Shown here in pieces: positions 48,000 through 56,332 of a DNA stretch of 64,000 nucleotides. Each line of letters opens with the position of its first letter. Position 1 is the stretch's first letter. The notes under the pieces were generated by a model that had not been told where the DNA came from, ran no database searches, and saw only the letters and a list, made by a program, of their open reading frames with translations. The stretch lies in the UHGV virus genome UHGV-1366171, one strand, 5' to 3'. The position numbers were made by a program, and so were the translations under genes. The DNA is from a virus.

Positions 48000-48431
48000 T
48001 TATCCCAAGTGAAGCTCTTTCTTTAATGCTTCTTGGAGAATCTTGGAAAAATTCACATTTTTTTCTAATGCAGCAGTATTAAGCCATGCAGGAATAGTAA
48101 GAGTTTTTTTGACAGATTTTTCAAAATGTTCTTTTGCATAGGAAGCAACGTCTACAGATACCATATTAACGAAAGATTCACATTCTGGCGCTTCTGGGTC
48201 TAACTCTTTTGCGATAACATTCGGGTCAATATCAGATAGTTTAGAAGGACTGGGTACACTTTCTCCGTCCATTTTGCAAGTATGAAGATATCCGGCTAAA
48301 CATTCAATAGCCATTTCCATAGCATTTTCAAAATCATCTCCTTGTGTGGCAAGATAATTTAAATCTGGAAAAACGACAGAATAGCCGCCGTTTTCTTCTT
48401 GAAAAAAACAAGCTGGATAAATTGATAACAT
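48000..48431 (-). CDS. hicB: HicB-family antitoxin
   Basis: MLSIYPACFFQEENGGYSVVFPDL... N-terminal HicB fold signature. Confidence 0.55.
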   Translation of the reverse strand: MLSIYPACFFQEENGGYSVVFPDLNYLATQGDDFENAMEMAIECLAGYLHTCKMDGESVPSPSKLSDIDPNVIAKELDPEAPECESFVNMVSVDVASYAKEHFEKSVKKTLTIPAWLNTAALEKNVNFSKILQEALKKELHLG

Positions 48432-48470
48432 ATGAATATACCTCCTATTATGATAATACAGGCATTGGGG

Positions 48471-48662
48471 CTATTTAAGCCCCGCCTGCTTTTTGATGGA
48501 ATTTTCTGTTTTCTTGGTCAAATCTTTTCCCTGATGAAAAGGGATTGTGACTTTTCCAGGCTTTATCGGATGTGTATAGTGTCTATGTGAGCCTTCCTGG
48601 CTTTTGAAAATCCATCCGTCTGCAAGGATTAGTTTTTCCATCTCTTTTGGTTTTATTGGCAT
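48471..48662 (-). CDS. hicA: HicA-family toxin
   Basis: 63 aa, ...LILADGWIFKSQEGSHRHYTHP. Confidence 0.55.
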   Translation of the reverse strand: MPIKPKEMEKLILADGWIFKSQEGSHRHYTHPIKPGKVTIPFHQGKDLTKKTENSIKKQAGLK

Positions 48663-48928
48663 CTTACTTTTCCTCCTTGCACTATTATAATACCATACTA
48701 TACGTGTTTTGTCAATACGTATAATACAAATGTGTATGGAAATATCATTAAAAGTCTCTTAAAAAGTTTGCAGAATTTTACCGAGTATAAAAGGGTATCG
48801 TGAGAATTTTAAAAAAACTATTGCAATCAAAATCAGGAATTTGCTGAATACTTTTATTACTTTTTCATGAATTTTCTTTCGCTTAAATGGATTTAATGGT
48901 ATAATTTGTAGAGAAGGGAGGAAGAGAA

Positions 48929-50368
48929 ATGGCTTTAATAAAGTGTCCAGGTTGTGGAACTGAAATAAGCGAGAGAGCTGAAGAATGCCCAATTTGTGGT
49001 AGAACTATTTCCAAAAGTAGTAGAGATGAAAACATGATGAAATGTTATAAATGTGGACGTCTTATTCAAAGGGATATTTCGATTTGCCCTTTTTGCGGAT
49101 ACCATTATGGCACATATAAAAACAAAAAAATGAATGAGCCTAATCTTGAAAGGAATTCTTTTTGGCATCGCAGAAAGAAGTGGCCAATATTTGTAGTTAT
49201 ATTGTTATTAATTTGGGTAGTGTCAAAACATGAAACAAATTCAGATAATAAAAGCAATTTAGACCAAGAGGATATATGGCTCGATGGATATACAAATTTA
49301 GATGATTTTGATTATTATATAAATGGTGACGATATACATATTAAAAGATACGAAGGTAATGAAGATAAAATTCGTGTGAATTCTTCTTATAACGGAAAAA
49401 AAGTTGTATCGTTTGAAGATGCTACATTTATGTTTTGCGATGCAATTAGCGTTGTAATTCCAGAAGGCACGAAGCATTTAGATAATCCAACATTTAATAG
49501 TTCTGATATAAAATATATTTTTTTACCATCTACATTAGAGGATGTAGAAGATGAATTTTGGGGATATTTACATAATATTGAAAAGATATACTATGGCGGA
49601 ACAAATGAACAATGGAATAAAATGTGTCAATTTGGAAGAAAAGGCATAGAAGCGAATGAATTATTTTGCAAAGTAGATCCTGATGATCTGGGAACGGAAA
49701 AATCCGAATCATCACCAATCGTTATGCAAGAAGTAGTAGAAAAGGATTCTAAAGATGAAAGTGACAATTCTAGTAAATTAGAAAAAGAGAGTTTATCGTC
49801 AAAAGAACAATTTGTGGAAGATTCTTCGAAATATTTGTCAGCGGATATCGCAAATAAACTGTATACTATTATTACTTCTGATCTAGGATTTGAAAAAGTA
49901 GAGTTTGTTGGAAAAGACAATGTAGGGGACTCGGTGTGGAATGTATATTGTGACGACATTTCTGTATTGGTTGTAGCGAGTGATGATGTATATAGGATAT
50001 GGAGTGGGGACTATACGTTCTATGAAGAAGGGACGGTAGTTACGACAAAACAGCAGATGAATGAAACGTTTGTAAAAGATGAAGATAGAACAAGTTACTA
50101 TGTCATTGCACAAGATATTGTAATGCAATATTTGAAAAATCCGACTTCTGCAAAATTTCCATGGGGTACTGATGAAATTGGATTCGCTAAAAGTGGTAAT
50201 GTTATAGCTGTGCAAGGATATGTAGATGCAACTAACTCTTTCGGAGGGCAAGTCCGAAGCCAATGGACGGTAGAGTTTAGGGTAACAGATTTAGCAGCAT
50301 TATCGTATGAAATTTTGTATGTGAATGTTGATGGACAGTCATCTGGAACATATATTGAATTAAATTAG
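48929..50368 (+). CDS. membrane-anchored protein: N-terminal double Zn-ribbon, one TM, extracellular BspA-type LRR-like region
   Basis: CPGCG..CPICG..CYKCG..CPFCG; TM WPIFVVILLLIWVV; repeats ...FMFCDAISVVIPEGTKHL...IKYIFLPSTLEDV. Confidence 0.45.
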   Translation: MALIKCPGCGTEISERAEECPICGRTISKSSRDENMMKCYKCGRLIQRDISICPFCGYHYGTYKNKKMNEPNLERNSFWHRRKKWPIFVVILLLIWVVSKHETNSDNKSNLDQEDIWLDGYTNLDDFDYYINGDDIHIKRYEGNEDKIRVNSSYNGKKVVSFEDATFMFCDAISVVIPEGTKHLDNPTFNSSDIKYIFLPSTLEDVEDEFWGYLHNIEKIYYGGTNEQWNKMCQFGRKGIEANELFCKVDPDDLGTEKSESSPIVMQEVVEKDSKDESDNSSKLEKESLSSKEQFVEDSSKYLSADIANKLYTIITSDLGFEKVEFVGKDNVGDSVWNVYCDDISVLVVASDDVYRIWSGDYTFYEEGTVVTTKQQMNETFVKDEDRTSYYVIAQDIVMQYLKNPTSAKFPWGTDEIGFAKSGNVIAVQGYVDATNSFGGQVRSQWTVEFRVTDLAALSYEILYVNVDGQSSGTYIELN

Positions 50369-50391
50369 AAAAAGGAGGAAGGATAAAACAA

Positions 50392-50541
50392 ATGAAAAAA
50401 AGGAGAACGATTGATAAAATATCAGGAAAAATAAAGTGTCCATCTTTGCTATGCAGAAGTGCAGATGTTCAAATTATTGGACATGGGCTGTTTTCTACGA
50501 AATATCAATGCAGAAAATGCGGAAAGATTTTTAAAGCATGA
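50392..50541 (+). CDS. Zn-ribbon mini-protein (49 aa)
   Basis: CPSLLC...CRKCGK; RBS AAAAGGAGGAAGG; terminator follows. Confidence 0.35.
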   Translation: MKKRRTIDKISGKIKCPSLLCRSADVQIIGHGLFSTKYQCRKCGKIFKA

Positions 50542-50668
50542 AATAAAATCAACTATATCGAAGTGGGGATTAAAAGTCCTCACTTTTTTTTGAATACTTA
50601 TTGACATCGATAGTGAGTGTGATAAAATATAAATGCAACTAAAAATAATCTTATTTTATGGAGGCAAA

Positions 50669-51142
50669 ATGAAAGTAAGAAAGAAATATGTAGTTCAAAA
50701 GTCTTTTAGAATTGACGAAAAAGTAGAAAGAGATTTGGGAATCTTGGCAGAACTTACGGACCGAAGCCAAAACGACCTTGTAAATGTAGCAATTACGGAA
50801 TTGTTGCAGGATAATAAAGATTATTTTTTACAAGTGGCTGTATTAGAACACTTTATGAGTCAATTAGATAGTGGATATGAAGAGTTTGACCCATTTGATA
50901 TGGGCGGTTTATTTGTTGAGATGAAGTACATTGATACTAACGGGGCGGTTTCTGTTCATTCAGTAGTACATGGCGATGAAGATATAGATGATTATACGAA
51001 GGAGTTTGACTCAGATATTTCTGATGAATTGGAAGAGTATTTAAAAAATTTTTATGTTTACATCAATAGGGAATCAGAGGATGTAAAAGCCTATCTGGAT
51101 AATCGTGTGGATTATAGAGAGTACGTAAAAATAAGAAAATAG
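50669..51142 (+). CDS. hypothetical acidic protein
   Basis: RBS GGAGG 50659-63. Confidence 0.4.
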   Translation: MKVRKKYVVQKSFRIDEKVERDLGILAELTDRSQNDLVNVAITELLQDNKDYFLQVAVLEHFMSQLDSGYEEFDPFDMGGLFVEMKYIDTNGAVSVHSVVHGDEDIDDYTKEFDSDISDELEEYLKNFYVYINRESEDVKAYLDNRVDYREYVKIRK

Positions 51143-51255
51143 AAGTTGCTCCCCGACCAAAGCGAACAACTTCTAACCAAAAAATCAGAGGGATATCCTC
51201 ACATTAAGTATAGCATTTCAGGATATTCCTCGCAACTAAAAATAGGAGGAATTTT

Positions 51256-52089
51256 ATGGAATATAATATGACAATGGTAGACAATGAGATTGTTCCAGTA
51301 TATGAGACCGATAAGGGAGAGAAAATTGTAGACGGTCGAGAGTTGCATGGTGTTTTGGAAAGTAAACAAGATTTTTCCACATGGATAAAGAAAAGAATTT
51401 TTGAGAGTGATGCTGTTGCAGATAAGGACTTTTCCCGCTTCCACAAAAAAATGGAAGCCAATAACGCAACATCTATTGAATACTATTTGAAATTAGATAT
51501 TGCAAAAGAAATAGCTATGCTGGAAAGAAACGAAATTGGTAAAAAGGTTAGAAAACATTTTATTGAGATTGAAAACCGATACAAACGGCAGATTATTGAT
51601 CGTACCCAGCTTTCGCCACAGACACAGTTAATGCTTGCAATGTCGGAGTCCATAGCCAAGACTGAGTTAGAGCAGAAACGTCAGGCAGAACAGCTTCAGA
51701 AACTAGAGGACAAGACAAATAAGCAAACAGAGGTATTACAAAATGTAAAGGACACCTTCTCAAATTCTGATTCAGAAGAAGACACTACTCATTGGATAAA
51801 CAAGTGCATTAATAAGATTGCTGAAAGCTCAAATTTTTCATACTCTTTTGGAAATAGATATTCAGCGGCTAGAAATGAGAGTTATGACCGTCTGACATTA
51901 AAAGCCGGATGTAGATTAGACCAAAAGGTCAGAAACGCTATAGCAAGGGCAGAGGAAAAGGGATATACAAAAAATCAGATTAATGCTATCAACAAATTGA
52001 CTGTAATCATGGCAGATAAACGGTTAAAAGAAATATACATAGGTGTGATTAAGGAAATGATGATAGCATACTGTGTGGAGGTTGCATAG
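51256..52089 (+). CDS. AntA/AntB-type phage antirepressor
   Basis: N-terminal AntA-like ...VDGRELHGVLESKQDFSTWIKKRI. Confidence 0.5.
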   Translation: MEYNMTMVDNEIVPVYETDKGEKIVDGRELHGVLESKQDFSTWIKKRIFESDAVADKDFSRFHKKMEANNATSIEYYLKLDIAKEIAMLERNEIGKKVRKHFIEIENRYKRQIIDRTQLSPQTQLMLAMSESIAKTELEQKRQAEQLQKLEDKTNKQTEVLQNVKDTFSNSDSEEDTTHWINKCINKIAESSNFSYSFGNRYSAARNESYDRLTLKAGCRLDQKVRNAIARAEEKGYTKNQINAINKLTVIMADKRLKEIYIGVIKEMMIAYCVEVA

Positions 52090-52202
52090 TAAAGGTGGAG
52101 ATTTTTCTCCACCTTTTTTAATTTGCCTCTTGACTTTGTACTGACATTTTGATATATTAAGAGTGTTCAAAATGTACTGACAAACTAAAAGGAGGCGATA
52201 TA

Positions 52203-52382
52203 GTGTCACCTAAAATGGGGCAAAAATTAACAGACAATCCAAAGGATAAACGAATCCAAATCAGAATGGACAGTGAGACCCTTGATAAATTAGATTGTCT
52301 GGTCGCTGAACAAAATTCTGATAGGTCAAAGATTATTAGACAAGGAATTGAAATTCAGTACGAAAAAAGAGAAAAAGAGTAA
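52203..52382 (+). CDS. CopG-like RHH protein (59 aa, GTG start)
   Basis: KRIQIRMDSETLDKLDCLVAE; RBS AAGGAGG 52188-94. Confidence 0.35.
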   Translation: MSPKMGQKLTDNPKDKRIQIRMDSETLDKLDCLVAEQNSDRSKIIRQGIEIQYEKREKE

Positions 52383-52667
52383 CCGTATCAAGTTTGGCGA
52401 CCAGAACGATTACTCAATCATCACAACACACCGAAGCGGTTGATATATTTATTATATCTCCCTTTGGTGTAGTTGTCAAACACTGAAAGGAGTTTTATCT
52501 TATGGATAATATTCAGTCTATTCAGACAACTAATTTCCAGACACCTATCGAGATCGCCCTTGGAATAGACGAAAACGGAATGACCGTAGCCAGAAAATTG
52601 CTAAAGAAAAGGATTGACATTTGTTGTTAACTACACTATACTAAATGTAGTTAGCTACAAAGGAGGG

Positions 52668-52850
52668 ATGACCGTGGCTAACAAAAGCAGAGCCGAATAC
52701 TTTAGGGAACGAAGAAAGGAATTTAAGCAATTCAACGTATCATTAAAACGTGAAAAAATCGAAGCACTTGAAGAATGTATTAAATCTCAAGGAAAGACGA
52801 AGGTTGAATGGTTTGAAGAAATCGTTGATAGAGAATTAGGCGAAAATTAA
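52668..52850 (+). CDS. small DNA-binding-like protein
   Basis: RBS AAAGGAGGG; SRAEYFRERRKEF. Confidence 0.35.
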   Translation: MTVANKSRAEYFRERRKEFKQFNVSLKREKIEALEECIKSQGKTKVEWFEEIVDRELGEN

Positions 52851-52971
52851 AAGAATAGGGTATCCGCCAAACCCTGAGAAAGTTACCGGATACCCACCCC
52901 ACAAATAGAGGTATAAATATTATAGCACTGTACCTCTATTTTGGCAAATTCAAAATGGAGGTATTTTTAAT

Positions 52972-53757
52972 ATGAATGATTTAATTATTAAAAATGTCAA
53001 TGTTCTAGGAGATTCTATATTGGCGGCAAAGGACAGCAAAGGCAATATTTGGGTCGGAATTAACGCTTTCTGCCGGGGATTGGATATGAACAAAAAGCAA
53101 AGGGACTGGCAAGTGAAGAGAGTGCAAGATGATAAGACATTATCAAAGGGGTGCCGAGAATTCTCGGCAGGGATATTTGACCCTTCAAATTCCGTATATG
53201 CGTTGCGTCTTGACTTTGTTCCCTTGTGGCTTGCAAAAATCTCTATTACAAATAATATGGAAGATGAACACCCAGAACTCGCCAAGAAACTTCTCAACTA
53301 CCAACTAAAAGCAAAGGATATTCTCGCTAATGCCTTTATTGAGAAAAAACAATCCGAAAACCCTGCCACTCTGCAACAGCAGATTCAACTTATCGCACAG
53401 GGTACTACAGAACTGTATCAGAAAGTAGATACCCTTGCCGAGCGCATGGACAAGTTTGAGCAGGACTTACCACTCCTGCCAGTGAATGCAGATGAACTGT
53501 CCCACACTGTTAAGAAAAGAGTGGTAGAAGTTCTCGGTGGAAAGGACAGTAATGCTTATCATAACAAAAGTATCAGCCAGACGGCATTTAGTGACGCATA
53601 TCGAAATCTGAAATATAATTTCGGTGTTAATTCTTACAAAAACATTAAAAGATGCCAGATGGACATTGCTCTTCGGATTGCAAGAGAATATCAGCCGCCA
53701 GTATTCCTGGAGGAGCGGATTAGAAATTGCAATTCCCAGATGACTCTTGATATTTGA
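52972..53757 (+). CDS. ORF6N/antirepressor-like protein
   Basis: N-terminal ...DSKGNIWVGINAFCRGLDM pattern. Confidence 0.4.
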   Translation: MNDLIIKNVNVLGDSILAAKDSKGNIWVGINAFCRGLDMNKKQRDWQVKRVQDDKTLSKGCREFSAGIFDPSNSVYALRLDFVPLWLAKISITNNMEDEHPELAKKLLNYQLKAKDILANAFIEKKQSENPATLQQQIQLIAQGTTELYQKVDTLAERMDKFEQDLPLLPVNADELSHTVKKRVVEVLGGKDSNAYHNKSISQTAFSDAYRNLKYNFGVNSYKNIKRCQMDIALRIAREYQPPVFLEERIRNCNSQMTLDI

Positions 53758-53781
53758 TTATGATAAGCGGAGGATTTTACT

Positions 53782-54060
53782 ATGAACGCAAGAGAAAATA
53801 ATAATTTAGCAAGTGAAGTAATTACCGATTTAACTAAAAACCTTGTCATGATGGATGACAAAATTCAGGGACTTTACGGGGAAATCTGTGAGGTGAAATC
53901 CATGTTTCAGGCAGTGCATTATGCAACAGTAGAAGGAGGTATTACGCAGGTGGAAGCAGGCGAAGCCCTAACCGCAATCAAAACGATGCTGGAAAATTTA
54001 AAAGATAATGCAGAAGAGATCACGGGATTTAGTAATGGATTGGTTAAGGAGGTAATGTGA
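53782..54060 (+). CDS. hypothetical protein
   Basis: ORF. Confidence 0.35.
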   Translation: MNARENNNLASEVITDLTKNLVMMDDKIQGLYGEICEVKSMFQAVHYATVEGGITQVEAGEALTAIKTMLENLKDNAEEITGFSNGLVKEVM

Positions 54061-54061
54061 G

Positions 54062-54316
54062 ATGAATAGGCTTGAAGCGGAAAAAGTGCTTAATAATCTG
54101 GAATTGGATATAGAAAAGGCTCGACATATGGCGGAGAAAATTATTGAGGAGTATGGATTTGACTGTACAGAACCTAGTAGTTTAGATGATTCGATATTAG
54201 CTTATAACCGTCAAAGCATAGGGATTGAATTGGGAATTTTGACGGATTATATTGATAATATTCGTACAGGATATGATTCTATTTCAAGAGAGATAATGGG
54301 AGCACAAATGCAGTAA
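54062..54316 (+). CDS. hypothetical protein
   Basis: coupled ORF. Confidence 0.35.
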   Translation: MNRLEAEKVLNNLELDIEKARHMAEKIIEEYGFDCTEPSSLDDSILAYNRQSIGIELGILTDYIDNIRTGYDSISREIMGAQMQ

Positions 54317-54848
54317 TGGAAACCGCCATGTAGATTCTAATTGAAATTGCAATGGGGGGTGCTTAATTAAAGGCCTTGGCCGCTGGGATTCTGGCGGCCA
54401 ATCTATTAGAAATTGCTTAGTTGATTTTTTAAGAAGAAGATGTTATATTAGAGATGTAAAAAGGCGTTACCACGTTGACGGTTAGCCTAGAAATTAATAG
54501 TTACTCTTGAAGAGCACTAATACCTTTGCTAGGGGCGGTTAGTGCTTCTTCGTTATATCGTACACAATCTTGATGATTGTAGCTATCATTACCGTATAGG
54601 CAAATAGGCTATCATACGTAATCATGAAGCATCCCTCCAATACATAAGATTTCCCAAAGGATTTCTATGTAAACAGGAAATTCAGTTTTCCTGGCGGAAG
54701 GCTAACCGCCATCGCCCTCCCGACGATAACGCCCGTCTTTATCATAGCAAAATTTTTTGTCTGAATCAATACGCTTTTTGTCTAAATGCGTCGTATGTTT
54801 TTTGTTTTATATGCAAGGAGTATTAAGATAGAAAAGAGAAGGTGCCAT

Positions 54849-55583
54849 ATGTCTAATTCTGAATTTTTAGTTTTTTTGTTAAATAGATTTAAAATAGAAA
54901 GAGCAAGAACCGACCGTTCAGGGGTGTATGCTTATACGCAAAAACTTTTGGCTTATAATTCAAATAAGATCGAAGGCAGCACATTGACTGAAGAACAAAC
55001 AGCTTCTTTGTTTGACACAGGATATTTGCCTAAATCAAACGATTATTATCGAGCGAAAGATGTAGAAGAGATGAATGGGCATTTTCTGATGTTCAATAAA
55101 ATGCTAGATACTTTAGAACAGCCGTTGAACCAGGAATTAATCAAGGAATTTCACTATGAATTAAAGTCAGGGGTATTTGAGGATAGAGCAAATGGATATG
55201 CAATCGGAGATTATAAAAAACGTCCTAATATGATTGGAATGTATCAAACAGTTTCACCTTCAGAAGTTGCGGAGAGAATGACAGAATTACTTGATTGGTA
55301 TTTCACCCAGAAAGTAAATTTAGAAGTCTTAGCTGAGTTTCACATGAAATATGAAAGTATCCATCCATTTCAAGATGGAAACGGAAGAACTGGCCGATTA
55401 ATTGTTTTCAGAGAATGTTTGAGAAATGGTTTGGTGCCTCTCATTATTGAAGACCGGAATAGAAATAGATACCTGGAAGCTTTTAGAGAATATAGAGAAG
55501 AAGGAACAACCCAAAAGATGGTCAACTTATTCTTACAGGAGCAGTCGGATTATAGGGAAAAATGTAGGTATTTTGAGGGATAA
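54849..55583 (+). CDS. Fic/Doc-family protein
   Basis: canonical Fic motif HPFQDGNGRTGR. Confidence 0.75.
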   Translation: MSNSEFLVFLLNRFKIERARTDRSGVYAYTQKLLAYNSNKIEGSTLTEEQTASLFDTGYLPKSNDYYRAKDVEEMNGHFLMFNKMLDTLEQPLNQELIKEFHYELKSGVFEDRANGYAIGDYKKRPNMIGMYQTVSPSEVAERMTELLDWYFTQKVNLEVLAEFHMKYESIHPFQDGNGRTGRLIVFRECLRNGLVPLIIEDRNRNRYLEAFREYREEGTTQKMVNLFLQEQSDYREKCRYFEG

Positions 55584-55586
55584 TAT

Positions 55587-55805
55587 ATGGAAAAAGGCGA
55601 TATTGTGTACATTGTGGAAAACCGCCGAAAGGTGACAGAGGTTGTGATACGTTCAATTACTGGGAATTTGTATACGGTATTGTTGCCGACTGGGGGAGCA
55701 ATACGCCTTCCTAGAGGAAGAATATATAAGACTAGATTGGAAGCGGAAAAGCAGTTGGTATATAAACCTATAAAAAAAGAACGGACACCATACGACTATA
55801 TGTGA
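55587..55805 (+). CDS. hypothetical small protein
   Basis: ORF 4 nt after fic stop. Confidence 0.35.
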   Translation: MEKGDIVYIVENRRKVTEVVIRSITGNLYTVLLPTGGAIRLPRGRIYKTRLEAEKQLVYKPIKKERTPYDYM

Positions 55806-55860
55806 AATGTGAGTACCTACAGAACTGAAAAATGAAGTATAATATAAAATATATGTAATG

Positions 55861-55900
55861 TATAGAAAGCACTTGCCGAAAAGCAGGTGCTTTTTTCCGG
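55861..55900 (+). terminator. Rho-independent terminator (near-copy of 24630-24665)
   Basis: GAAAGCACTTGCCGAAAAGCAGGTGCTTTTTTCC. Confidence 0.55.
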
Positions 55901-55939
55901 CTAATAAATGGATTTAGTCGCTGACCAGAAAGAACGGAG

Positions 55940-56332
55940 ATGGTTGTATTGGAATTAACTAAACAAATAAAAGATGTATTCTTAAAAGTGGACGGGGTAG
56001 CAATGCCCTGTCCTTCGTCATTTACATGGGGTTTGCAAGACATTTCAGCATCGGAATCGGGCCGGACAGACGATACTATTATGCATAAGAACCGGGTGGG
56101 GCAGAAAAGAAAACTCAGTATCGGTTGGAACGCACCAGACTGGGATACGGCTTGTGACATTATACAAGCAGTAAATCCAGAGTACATAGAAGTTGAATAT
56201 CCAGATTTATTAGATCGAAACAAACATGCAGTAAGAACTTTTTATGTCGGAGACAGAAGTTCGCCTTTTAAGTGCTGGTGGATAGGAAATCAGAGAATGG
56301 AAGGCGTCAGTTTCGACTTTATTGAGAGGTGA
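55940..56332 (+). CDS. small tail-component protein
   Basis: position upstream of large tail protein. Confidence 0.3.
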   Translation: MVVLELTKQIKDVFLKVDGVAMPCPSSFTWGLQDISASESGRTDDTIMHKNRVGQKRKLSIGWNAPDWDTACDIIQAVNPEYIEVEYPDLLDRNKHAVRTFYVGDRSSPFKCWWIGNQRMEGVSFDFIER

